Shown here: positions 23,182 to 30,409 of the stretch, piece by piece
How the letters are laid out: each line of letters opens with the position of its first letter
Position numbering within the stretch: position 1 is the stretch's first letter
Source: Pseudomonas aeruginosa
GTDB lineage: Bacteria > Pseudomonadota > Gammaproteobacteria > Pseudomonadales > Pseudomonadaceae
Direction of reading: 5' to 3'
Length of the DNA: 32,000 bases
NCBI RefSeq assembly: GCF_001457615.1
Contig: NZ_LN831024.1
Location: forward strand, 30,001-62,000
Made by a program: the position numbers and the translations under genes
The notes under the pieces: generated by a model
What the model saw: the letters and a program-made list of their open reading frames with translations, nothing else
Told to the model about the DNA's origin: nothing
Databases searched by the model: none

Positions 23182-23333
23182 TTGGGGCAAAAGGTAGCTC
23201 CGGCGCAGAAAGTGCTATCAATCAAGGCAGGCTTAATTCTCAGCTCCTGTCTGAGGAGGTTGCGAATGGCCACGCGTTCCAGAAACATTTAGTCGAACGG
23301 CAAGAGTTTGTTGATCTTGCGCCAACAGCATAA
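23175..23333 (+). pseudogene. Orphan toxin 5' fragment (...GAKGSSGAESAINQGRLNSQLLSEEVANGHAFQKHLVERQEFVDLAPTA*), cut by the RAYT element
   Basis: An open frame with no start codon begins right after cdiI. The sequence LxxEExANGHAFxKHxxxxxEF resembles the N-termini of nuclease-type polymorphic toxin domains (from memory). The stop TAA is supplied by the first bases of the repeat at 23331/23332. Confidence 0.4.
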
Positions 23334-24126
23334 AGGGGACAGATTTATTTTCCCTACTCTAATTTTCTAAGCAGGGAGGCTCCAGTGCAGACGCCGTAAG
23401 GAGGCTCCGCGATGCCTAGGCAAGGGCGAGTGGTTTTACCGAATTATCCGCTTCACGTGGTCCAGCGGGGACACAATCGGCAAGTGGTATTCGCCGAGGA
23501 CGAGGACTACCAGCGTTACCTCTCCGATCTACGGGACCTCAAGGATGCCTTTGGTATCAAGGTCTACGCATTTTGCCTGATGACCAACCATGTCCATCTG
23601 CTCTTGGCGCCTGGTGATTCGCTGTCTGGCTTGGCGCAACTGATGAAAACGCTGGCGGCGCGCACGACACGATATCGGAATCGCTTGGAGGGCCGTTCCG
23701 GAACGTTGTGGGAAAGTCGCTATAAATCGAGTGTCGTACAGAGCGATGCCTACCTGCTGGCGTGTTGCCGGTACATCGAACTGAACCCTGTTCGGGCGCG
23801 GATGGTGGACGATGTGGCGGCCTATCCCTGGTCAAGTTATGGGCTGCGGGCGGATTGGTTGAAGGAGCCAAACTGGTTGGATATGGATTCCTGCTTCATT
23901 GAGCTAGGTCAGACGGCCGAAGAGAGATATCGGCGATACGTAACGTTCATGAAAGAGGCGATACCGGCCGAGGAATTGAGGCTGATTCGCGAGGCGGTTC
24001 AGCGTGGACAACTGACGGGCAATCAACGGTTCGTGGACGAGATCGAGCGGGTAGCCGGGGTGAGAATAGAGCGGCGTGGGCAAGGGCGGCCGAGATTAGA
24101 GCAGGGAAAATAAATCTGTCCCCTTT
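23332..24126 (+). mobile_element. RAYT unit: REP-associated tyrosine transposase gene flanked by ~33-bp inverted repeats
   Basis: Left end AAAGGGGACAGATTTATTTTCCCTACTCTAATT (23332..23364). Right end ATTAGAGCAGGGAAAATAAATCTGTCCCCTTT (24095..24126) is its near-perfect inverted copy. The RAYT stop codon lies inside the right repeat. An extra half-repeat AGTCCCCTTTTTT lies at 24141..24153. Confidence 0.8.
23412..24113 (+). CDS. REP-associated tyrosine transposase (RAYT; IS200/IS605-like Y1 HUH transposase family)
   Basis: 233 aa. Motifs: HVVQRGHNRQVVF, the HUH motif in FCLMTNHVHLLL, and the catalytic Tyr context GTLWESRYKS, as in TnpA-REP/COG1943 proteins. Flanked by inverted repeats. Confidence 0.85.
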   Translation: MPRQGRVVLPNYPLHVVQRGHNRQVVFAEDEDYQRYLSDLRDLKDAFGIKVYAFCLMTNHVHLLLAPGDSLSGLAQLMKTLAARTTRYRNRLEGRSGTLWESRYKSSVVQSDAYLLACCRYIELNPVRARMVDDVAAYPWSSYGLRADWLKEPNWLDMDSCFIELGQTAEERYRRYVTFMKEAIPAEELRLIREAVQRGQLTGNQRFVDEIERVAGVRIERRGQGRPRLEQGK

Positions 24127-24135
24127 TTTCTTTTT

Positions 24136-24231
24136 TTCTTAGTCCCCTTTTTTCTTACATTACCAGACGGACGGGCTGCTAGTTGGGGTGGGGATGGTAA
24201 ATTTATTGGGTTTAGAGGCGTGCAAAAATGA
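24136..24231 (+). pseudogene. Possible 3' tail of a deleted orphan toxin (...LPDGRAASWGGDGKFIGFRGVQK*)
   Basis: A short open frame with no start runs from the RAYT right end. Its TGA (24229..24231) overlaps the ATG of the next ORF as ATGA, the same junction as cdiA/cdiI. Confidence 0.3.
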
Positions 24232-24473
24232 AGGTAAATTTGATTTTTGAAAAAGTTGGAGATGTTAATAGTGATTATCCATATCTTTGTGTATATAAGG
24301 AGGGGGAGAGAGAGCCTTTTATGGAGATATCAGTGAGTAAAGAAAGAAAGATTGAGTTTGTTTTTTATTCTAGAGCTGATAATTTTTCCCTAAGCTCTGA
24401 AGAGTTCTATGAAATATATGGTAGGGCGGAAGCTTTTTTGCCTCAAGCTTTAGAAAATGAAGATTCGCTGTAA
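24228..24473 (+). CDS. Orphan immunity-like small protein (81 aa)
   Basis: Intact AT-rich ORF (MKVNLIFEKVGDVNSDYPYLCVYKEGEREPFMEISV...) with an ATGA junction to the upstream toxin-tail remnant. No family recognised. Confidence 0.45.
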   Translation: MKVNLIFEKVGDVNSDYPYLCVYKEGEREPFMEISVSKERKIEFVFYSRADNFSLSSEEFYEIYGRAEAFLPQALENEDSL

Positions 24474-24598
24474 TATTTAAATAAAGAGACTGGTTATAAT
24501 GGGGATTTTTATTTTCCTGACTCTAGTGTTATCCGGCGGCAAATATGATTTCGATACTTTGATTTCAGAGAAATCCTCAAAGTTTTAGTTGAAAGAAT

Positions 24599-24779
24599 AA
24601 AGGGGCAGATTTATTTTCTCTACTCTAATTTCGGCGACGGCGCCCACGCCGAACTACTCAAAGAAAATAACTCGTTAAACCATGCGCCCTTACCAAGGCA
24701 TCACGAAGTTCCTTTACGGCATCTGCACTGGAGCCTTTGCTCAGAAGATTAGAGTAGAGAAAGTAAATCTTTCCCCTTT
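24599..24779 (-). mobile_element. MITE/REPIN-like internal-deletion derivative of the RAYT unit (copy 1, inverted)
   Basis: The ends AAAGGGGCAGATTTATTTTCTCTACTCTAATT and AGATTAGAGTAGAGAAAGTAAATCTTTCCCCTTT form an inverted pair. The interior is homologous to the RAYT 5' leader with its first ~13 codons, joined to the last ~60 nt of the RAYT unit. Confidence 0.75.
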
Positions 24780-24958
24780 CAATGTTGTTTCAAGAGAAGA
24801 CTGTGGTCAGCAAAGAGCCCACGGAAGCTTAGGATGTGGTTCGGATGGAAGGGCGGCTCCGCACGAGCATAAAATTGAATATAACGAAAGGGCTATGTAA
24901 GAAGAAATAGGCTCGGATGGAAAGCCGGTAGGCCCTTGGATACCAGATAGGTGATTAA

Positions 24959-25114
24959 ATGTCTAATGATGTATGTGGGTATATAAAATATGATGGTGTT
25001 TATCCGGAGTCAGATCTGCTTGAGTATTTGTCAAAAAGTGAGCTAGGTGTTTTTAGAGTTCCAAAGGAGCATCTATATCGAATGAAAGGGACAGATTTAT
25101 TTTCTCTACTCTAA
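24959..25114 (+). pseudogene. Possible orphan immunity-like ORF, 3'-truncated by MITE copy 2
   Basis: AT-rich ORF MSNDVCGYIKYDGVYPESDLLEYLSKSELGVFRVPKEHLYRM.... Its last ~9 codons and its stop are read from the MITE starting at 25085. It is below the ORF-track cutoff and I translated it by hand. Confidence 0.25.
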
Positions 25115-25249
25115 ATTTTCTGAGCATGGAGGCTCCAGCGCAGATGCCGTAAAGGAACTTCGCGATGCCTAGCGAATTATTTGCTTTGAGCGTTTCAGAG
25201 TGGGCGCAGTCGCCGAAATTAGAGTAGTAAAAATAAATCTGTCCCCTTT
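25085..25249 (+). mobile_element. MITE/REPIN-like internal-deletion derivative of the RAYT unit (copy 2)
   Basis: AAAGGGACAGATTTATTTTCTCTACTCTAAATTTTCTGAGCATGGAGGCTCCAGCGCAGATGCCGTAAAGGAACTTCGCGATGCCTAG... ...GTCGCCGAAATTAGAGTAGTAAAAATAAATCTGTCCCCTTT. It shares the deletion junction (after CGAATTAT / CGAGTTAT) with copy 1, is in the opposite orientation, and is clearly diverged from it. Confidence 0.75.
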
Positions 25250-25250
25250 T

Positions 25251-25559
25251 TTACAAGGGAGTGCTATAACGGGGCAGAGTTTCAAGACTGGACAAGCGTT
25301 TGACGTTGGTAGGGTGAGTGACTTCGATATTGCCTTGGCAGGCCCTGAGTTGTTGCAGCGTGCACAGCCGCTAGGAATAGGTTTGAGAAGCGGCGGTACT
25401 CGTACTGGTCCTCTGAGCGGAAGAGATTTGCAAGCACTTGGATTAAAAGATCTAGCTAGAAAGCTAAGTGCACAAGCAGGGCGTGAAGTTAACTTTATGA
25501 TTTATGATTCTGCGGCAACGGCTGCAAGCCGCGCTCCGAGCTTGGTACTTCCAAAATGA
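25251..25559 (+). pseudogene. Orphan cdiA-CT-like toxin fragment with a Pol-beta nucleotidyltransferase-like G-S...D-x-D signature
   Basis: The native sequence starts exactly at the MITE copy 2 end: LQGSAITGQSFKTGQAFDVGRVSDFDIALAGPELLQRAQPLGIGLRSGGTRTGPLSGRDLQALGLKDLARKLSAQAGREVNFMIYDSAATAASRAPSLVLPK*. The track ORF's first 17 codons, including its GTG start at 25200, are MITE sequence. Its stop overlaps the next ATG as ATGA. Confidence 0.45.
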
Positions 25560-25876
25560 TTGCATATGACTTGTACGGAACGAAAAATCTCAGCCTTTTG
25601 CTGGCAAGAGAGCATATAGAGAAAATTTTTGGAGTGCCTCTTGATGAAAGAAATAGTTCTTATCAAGGAGGGGATTACTACATGTTTGGTAGTAATGATT
25701 CGGAGAATTTTATTCTGAAAGCCAATCTTGACCCTCTTGATGATGAACCAGTAGAGTTAAATTTTCCTGACTACCCTATTTTGCTCTATATAAACGCCAC
25801 GACACGTTCATCTGCTATAGAAGGGGTAATCAAGAAGGGTGCATGCTTTAAGCTGCTCAGGCATGAAATGTTCTAG
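25556..25876 (+). CDS. Orphan immunity-like protein (106 aa) paired with the preceding toxin fragment
   Basis: Intact AT-rich ORF with an ATGA overlap at 25556..25559: MIAYDLYGTKNLSLLLAREHIEKIFGVPLDERNSSYQGGDYYMFGSNDSENFILKANLDPLDDEPVELNFPDYPILLYINA.... No family recognised. Confidence 0.55.
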   Translation: MIAYDLYGTKNLSLLLAREHIEKIFGVPLDERNSSYQGGDYYMFGSNDSENFILKANLDPLDDEPVELNFPDYPILLYINATTRSSAIEGVIKKGACFKLLRHEMF

Positions 25877-25888
25877 GAATGAAAGAAC

Positions 25889-25903
25889 AAAGGGGACAGA
25901 TTT
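25889..25903 (+). repeat. Solo copy of the RAYT-end repeat core
   Basis: AAAGGGGACAGATTT is identical to the first 15 nt of the left repeat at 23332. The similarity is lost after that. Confidence 0.6.
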
Positions 25904-25985
25904 GAATGGCACTTACTTAACCCTTTTCGGATGACCGTGTTTCTTGATCGCTGCCCGAGCAGATTGACGTGTACAGGTCAGTAAT

Positions 25986-26015
25986 CAGCATAAAGGGGAC
26001 CAGCATAAAGGGGAC
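25986..26015 (+). repeat. Tandem duplication of CAGCATAAAGGGGAC at the left end of the second RAYT copy
   Basis: CAGCATAAAGGGGAC occurs twice in direct tandem (25986..26000 and 26001..26015). The same 15-mer precedes the intact RAYT at 23326..23340. Confidence 0.7.
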
Positions 26016-26086
26016 TGATTTATTTTCCCTACTCTAATTTTCTAAGCAAGGAGGCTCCAGCGCAGACGCCGTAAGGAGGCTCCGCG

Positions 26087-26283
26087 ATGCCTAGGCAAGG
26101 GCGAGTGGTTTACCGAATTATCCGCTTCACATGGTCCAGCGGGGACACAGTCGCCAAGTGGTATTCGCCGAGGACGAGGACTACCAACGCTACCTCTCCG
26201 ATCCTCAAGACCTCGAGGATGCCTTCGATAACAAGCTCCATGCATTTTGCCGAATGGCCACCCATATCCATCTGCTCCTGGCG
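26087..26283 (+). pseudogene. Degenerate RAYT copy (frameshifted, 3'-truncated) marking the right edge of the AT-rich region
   Basis: The left repeat (26007..26039), leader and first ~65 codons are homologous to 23332..23610. A 1-nt deletion (GTGGTTT-ACC versus GTGGTTTTACC) shifts the frame. Homology ends after ...HIHLLLA at about 26283, where GC-rich core sequence resumes. Confidence 0.8.
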
Positions 26284-26462
26284 GCTTGCCGACCCTCCTT
26301 TCTACTGCCCCGTCGCACAGCGCCCCAATGTACTAGTACACCGGAAACCGCCGTCTCCCGTTGAACGGGCGGGCCCCGGCCCCCTACCATTCGCAGCACA
26401 CCGACCCGCGCAAAGGGAGCGGGATGCCGCGTAGGCAGGCCGCCATGGAAGGAGAAGCACAT

Positions 26463-26858
26463 ATGCCGGTACTGGCTCTGAGACTCACCGCCCTGGCGGC
26501 CCTTGCGATCAGCGTGTCGGGGTGCGTCATGGAGGCCTATGGCAGTCGCGCGCGTAGCGATGCGCAATCCTGGATCGGCTTGCCGATCCAGGACGTGATC
26601 AAGCGCTTCGGCGAGCCGGAACGCGTGACGGGGGATGCCGCCAGGCAGAAGTACGTGTGGAAGGAGTACGAGAACTATAGCCACGACTACGACTACACCT
26701 ACTACGAGCAGGGCCATGGCAATACGCCCAACAGCTCGGTCCTGAACCAGAAGACCGGCACGGCCAACCAGAGCGGCTATTACACCTGCATCTACGAGTT
26801 CTTTGCCGACGCCTCGGGCAGGGTGGTCGATGCGACCGCGCGGGGTGAGTGCCGCTAG
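26463..26858 (+). CDS. Small lipoprotein of unknown function
   Basis: ATG at 26463 after GGAGAA. Signal peptide and lipobox MPVLALRLTALAALAISVSG|C. 131 aa. The longer track ORF from 26361 is an unsupported 5' extension. Confidence 0.7.
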   Translation: MPVLALRLTALAALAISVSGCVMEAYGSRARSDAQSWIGLPIQDVIKRFGEPERVTGDAARQKYVWKEYENYSHDYDYTYYEQGHGNTPNSSVLNQKTGTANQSGYYTCIYEFFADASGRVVDATARGECR

Positions 26859-27128
26859 TTCCAGGCGCCCTTCACGCCGCAAAGGGCGATTGGCTCAGCC
26901 AGCCACCGCCTTGTCTCCGACGTCGCAGAGACGCCTCAGTCCAACGCGGAGGCGTCCCCTCCCCTCGCTCCGCCGTGATCGCCAGGCCGCCCTGCCTCAC
27001 CCGGGTCCTGGTCCGGTCCTTGGCCTTGAAACCCGGCCGTTGCAGCCAGTAGCCGCGCAGGTTGATGCGGGGCGCCAGGCGGTTGTCGTCGCGTTCGTCC
27101 AGCGGCGCTCCGAGGTTTCCCCGGCGCC

Positions 27129-28382
27129 TCACAGCAGGATCAGCAGCGCTCCTACCAGCAGCCCCGCCAGGCTGAAGGGTAGCGTTTGCAGGGCCAGCCG
27201 CTTGCCGCCCACCAGCACGACCAGGCCGGCCTTGACCAGGCTGTTGCTCAGGGCGGCAAGGGCGATGCCGCGGCTGGCCACGCCTGGATCGAGTTCGCCC
27301 TGCGCCGCGCGGGCCAGGGACAGGGTGATCGCGTCGACGTCGGCGAGGCCGGAGAGCAACGCGACCGCGTAGATGCCGGCATCGCCGAACAGCCGCCGGC
27401 CGACCTCCACCAACAGCAGGATCGCGCTCAGCAGGGCGGCGAAACGCAGGGCCGGGAGCAGTTCGAAGGGGTTGCGCAGGCCTGGCTCGTCGGGTGCCTC
27501 CTGGCTGGCGCGGCCGCCGCGCAGGGCGTGGAACAGCGTGCCGCCAAGGTAGACGAGGGTGGTGGCGGCGAATGGCAGGGCCAGCTCCTTCAGCAAGGCC
27601 GGGTGGATCGCGCCGATCTCGACGAGGATGCGCGGGAACATCAGCGCCGAGGTCGCCAGCAGGGCGCACGCCAACAGGGCGTCGGGCATGCGCTCGCGCA
27701 GGCGCGCCAGGGTCAGGGTCATCACCGTGGAGGACACCAGGCCGCCGAGCACCGCGGTCAGCAACAGGCCCTTGCGCGAGCCGATCAGGCGGATGGCCAG
27801 GTAGGCGGAGAAACCGAGGGCGGCGATCAGCACCACCATCCACCAGGTCAGGTAGGGATTGAAGAACGCCCAGGGACCATAGCCCTGGTTGGGCAGCACC
27901 GGCAGCAGGACCACGGAAATGAACAGCAGCTTGAGGGTGCCCGATAGCTCCTCGGCGGTCAGGCGCTTCAGCAGGGCGTGGAGCTTGTCCTTGAGGCTCA
28001 GCAGCAGGGTCAGCACGATGCCGCCGGCGGCAGCCAGCAGGCGCTGTTCGGTGAGGGCGAGGCTGCCGAGGAGGAAGGTCATCAGCAGGGCGATCTCGGT
28101 GGTCATGCCCTGGTCGCCGCCACGCCTGACATCGCTCACGTAGCCGGCCACGGCCAGCGCCGCGAGGGCCAGCAGCAAGGCTACCCAGACCGCGCTGCCC
28201 AGTTCGCCCGCGAGCAGGGTGGCGAAGCCGCCGAGCAGGCCGGCCAGGCTGAAGGTGCGGATTCCGGCGATCTGCCGCGCATCTTCGTGGTCGCGCTCCT
28301 GCCAGCCGCGCTCGGCGCCGATCAGAAGGCCGATGGCCAGGGCCGTGCACAGGCTCAACAACAGATCCAGGGAAAGCGTCAT
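27129..28382 (-). CDS. MgtC/SapB-family + DUF4010 integral membrane protein
   Basis: About 417 aa and highly hydrophobic. The N-terminus MTLSLDLLLSLCTALAIGLLIGAERGWQER... is typical of the MgtC/DUF4010 family. The start is chosen at the second of two close ATGs (alternative at 28394). The upstream part of the 469-aa track ORF has no coding character. Confidence 0.75.
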   Translation of the reverse strand: MTLSLDLLLSLCTALAIGLLIGAERGWQERDHEDARQIAGIRTFSLAGLLGGFATLLAGELGSAVWVALLLALAALAVAGYVSDVRRGGDQGMTTEIALLMTFLLGSLALTEQRLLAAAGGIVLTLLLSLKDKLHALLKRLTAEELSGTLKLLFISVVLLPVLPNQGYGPWAFFNPYLTWWMVVLIAALGFSAYLAIRLIGSRKGLLLTAVLGGLVSSTVMTLTLARLRERMPDALLACALLATSALMFPRILVEIGAIHPALLKELALPFAATTLVYLGGTLFHALRGGRASQEAPDEPGLRNPFELLPALRFAALLSAILLLVEVGRRLFGDAGIYAVALLSGLADVDAITLSLARAAQGELDPGVASRGIALAALSNSLVKAGLVVLVGGKRLALQTLPFSLAGLLVGALLILL

Positions 28383-28618
28383 GCTCGATTCCATTCGCCG
28401 GGAGAGAGGATGGCGACGTGCCTGTGCGCACCATAGCAGCAGACGACCCCGAGGTGCCTGCACGGCGGTGCGCCGTCCACCAAGAGCCCGTCGCTGCCGC
28501 CGATATCCATCGGGTTCTCCGCCCCGGTGTAGGCGCACGGGAGCTGGCGTAGGGAAAGTCCGCTGTTTTTCGGCCGCTGACGGTTCTCTTTCCGCGTGCT
28601 CCGACGGCCGCCAACAGT

Positions 28619-28644
28619 AAAAAAACCACGGCCAATCCTGATAG
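28619..28644 (+). promoter_or_regulatory. ExsA binding site of the exoT promoter
   Basis: AAAAAAACCACGGCCAATCCTGATAG fits the ExsA consensus as I recall it (tAaAAAnwnMyGrCynnnmYTGayAk) at all but about one defined position (plus the lower-case first base). A TAGACT -10-like hexamer lies at 28665..28670 and a GGAGA RBS before the ATG. Confidence 0.75.
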
Positions 28645-28701
28645 GCGGAGGGGCGCCTCGTTCCTAGACTGGCGGGGAAACATCAGGAGACGTCAATCAT
28701 C

Positions 28702-30075
28702 ATGCATATTCAATCATCTCAGCAGAACCCGTCTTTCGTGGCTGAGTTGAGCCAGGCCGTGGCCGGGCGCCTGGGACAGGTCGAGGCCCGCCAGGTGGCC
28801 ACTCCCCGGGAGGCGCAACAACTGGCCCAGCGCCAGGAAGCACCGAAGGGCGAGGGCCTGCTCTCCCGCCTGGGGGCCGCCCTCGCGCGTCCCTTCGTGG
28901 CGATCATCGAGTGGCTGGGCAAACTGCTGGGGAGCCGTGCCCACGCCTCCACCCAGGCGCCGCTCTCCCGTCAGGACGCGCCGCCTGCCGCCAGTCTCTC
29001 GGCCGCCGAGATCAAGCAGATGATGCTGCAAAAGGCACTGCCCCTGACCTTGGGCGGACTTGGCAAGGCGAGCGAGCTGGCGACTTTGACAGCGGAGAGA
29101 CTGGCGAAGGATCACACGCGCCTGGCCAGCGGCGACGGCGCCCTGCGCTCGCTGGCCACCGCCCTGGTCGGGATTCGCGATGGCAGCCGGATCGAGGCTT
29201 CCCGTACCCAGGCTGCCCGCCTGCTCGAACAGAGCGTTGGGGGGATCGCGCTGCAACAGTGGGGGACCGCGGGCGGTGCCGCCAGCCAGCATGTACTCAG
29301 CGCAAGCCCGGAGCAACTGCGCGAAATCGCCGTCCAACTGCATGCGGTAATGGACAAGGTCGCCCTGTTGCGCCACGCGGTAGAGAGCGAGGTAAAGGGC
29401 GAGCCTGTCGACAAGGCGCTGGCGGATGGCCTGGTGGAGCACTTCGGGCTGGAGGCGGAGCAGTACCTAGGCGAACACCCGGACGGGCCGTACAGCGATG
29501 CCGAGGTGATGGCGCTCGGTCTCTATACCAACGGCGAGTACCAGCACCTGAATCGTTCCCTGCGTCAGGGGCGAGAGCTGGATGCTGGCCAGGCGTTGAT
29601 CGACCGGGGCATGTCTGCCGCGTTCGAAAAGAGCGGACCGGCTGAACAGGTCGTGAAGACCTTCCGCGGCACCCAGGGCAGGGATGCCTTCGAGGCGGTG
29701 AAAGAGGGCCAGGTCGGCCACGACGCCGGCTATCTCTCCACCTCCCGGGACCCCAGCGTTGCCAGGAGCTTCGCGGGCCAGGGCACGATAACCACCCTGT
29801 TCGGCAGATCCGGGATCGATGTCAGCGAGATATCGATCGAGGGCGATGAGCAGGAGATCCTCTACAACAAGGGGACCGACATGCGCGTGCTTCTCAGCGC
29901 CAAGGATGGGCAGGGTGTGACCCGTCGGGTGCTCGAAGAGGCCACGCTGGGGGAACGGAGCGGCCACGGCGAGGGACTGCTCGATGCCCTGGACCTGGCA
30001 ACCGGGACGGATCGTTCAGGCAAGCCCCAGGAACAGGACCTGCGCCTGAGAATGCGCGGCCTCGACCTGGCCTGA
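28702..30075 (+). CDS. exoT: Type III secretion effector ExoT (RhoGAP + ADP-ribosyltransferase)
   Basis: 457 aa. The N-terminus MHIQSSQQNPSFVAELSQAVAGRLGQVEARQVA... matches ExoT as I remember it. GAP arginine context GDGALRSLATAL. ADPRT motifs FRGT, YLSTS and GDEQEILY (E-x-E). Confidence 0.95.
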   Translation: MHIQSSQQNPSFVAELSQAVAGRLGQVEARQVATPREAQQLAQRQEAPKGEGLLSRLGAALARPFVAIIEWLGKLLGSRAHASTQAPLSRQDAPPAASLSAAEIKQMMLQKALPLTLGGLGKASELATLTAERLAKDHTRLASGDGALRSLATALVGIRDGSRIEASRTQAARLLEQSVGGIALQQWGTAGGAASQHVLSASPEQLREIAVQLHAVMDKVALLRHAVESEVKGEPVDKALADGLVEHFGLEAEQYLGEHPDGPYSDAEVMALGLYTNGEYQHLNRSLRQGRELDAGQALIDRGMSAAFEKSGPAEQVVKTFRGTQGRDAFEAVKEGQVGHDAGYLSTSRDPSVARSFAGQGTITTLFGRSGIDVSEISIEGDEQEILYNKGTDMRVLLSAKDGQGVTRRVLEEATLGERSGHGEGLLDALDLATGTDRSGKPQEQDLRLRMRGLDLA

Positions 30076-30091
30076 CCGGTCGACGGCAGAG

Positions 30092-30124
30092 ACGGACACT
30101 CCCAAGGGGTGTCCGTTTTCATTT
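30092..30124 (+). terminator. Rho-independent terminator after exoT
   Basis: 8-bp stem ACGGACAC/GTGTCCGT (30092..30099 and 30109..30116) followed by TTTCATTT. Confidence 0.7.
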
Positions 30125-30409
30125 GCGCCGTACAGCGTCGGGCGCAATGGGCGGCAAGGAGGCCTGCCTGGCTGCCACCGGTTGGTGGCGGACACCGGTG
30201 CCCGGCGTCCCACCTCGATCCTGCGAACGAGACGCAGTCAGAATTCTCCGAGTATGCTTCCTGCATAACGAAACGATCGGAATAACTGTGGTAACTTTGC
30301 CGCCCACCGAGATGGCCTATTGATGGCTCATACGGTTCGTGCATCGCTTCCCGCACGATTCTTTCGGATTTCCAAGGCCGGCCGGGAGCGCCGGTTGATC
30401 GACGCATTC

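Noticed and set aside
24499-24588. 29-codon hydrophobic ORF (MGIFIFLTLVLSGGKYDFDTLISEKSSKF*) between the 81-aa ORF and MITE copy 1.
   Set aside because: It is too short, has no convincing RBS, and cannot be told apart from chance in AT-rich DNA.
24682-24900. 72-aa ORF in the AT-rich island.
   Set aside because: Its first two thirds are read across the inverted RAYT leader and end repeat of MITE copy 1. Only the last ~40 codons (NVVSREDCGQQRAHGSLGCGSDGRAAPHEHKIEYNERAM*) are unique sequence. They could be another toxin remnant, but nothing supports that.
26087-26882. ORFs 26087..26434 (+), 26131..26364 (+) and 26205..26882 (-) as real genes.
   Set aside because: The first two are the frameshifted RAYT remnant reading on into unrelated GC-rich sequence. 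The minus-strand ORF is antisense to the lipoprotein gene and has artefact-like composition.
26930-26956. Inverted repeat GACGCCTC...GAGGCGTC downstream of the lipoprotein gene as a terminator.
   Set aside because: No U-tract follows it and the 11-nt loop is large. The evidence is too weak to call.
26872-28683. 603-aa minus-strand ORF and several plus-strand ORFs (27186..27947, 27978..28436 and others) over the MgtC/DUF4010 gene.
   Set aside because: They are off-frame or antisense to a clearly membrane-protein-coding frame, and their products are Arg/Pro/Gly-rich.
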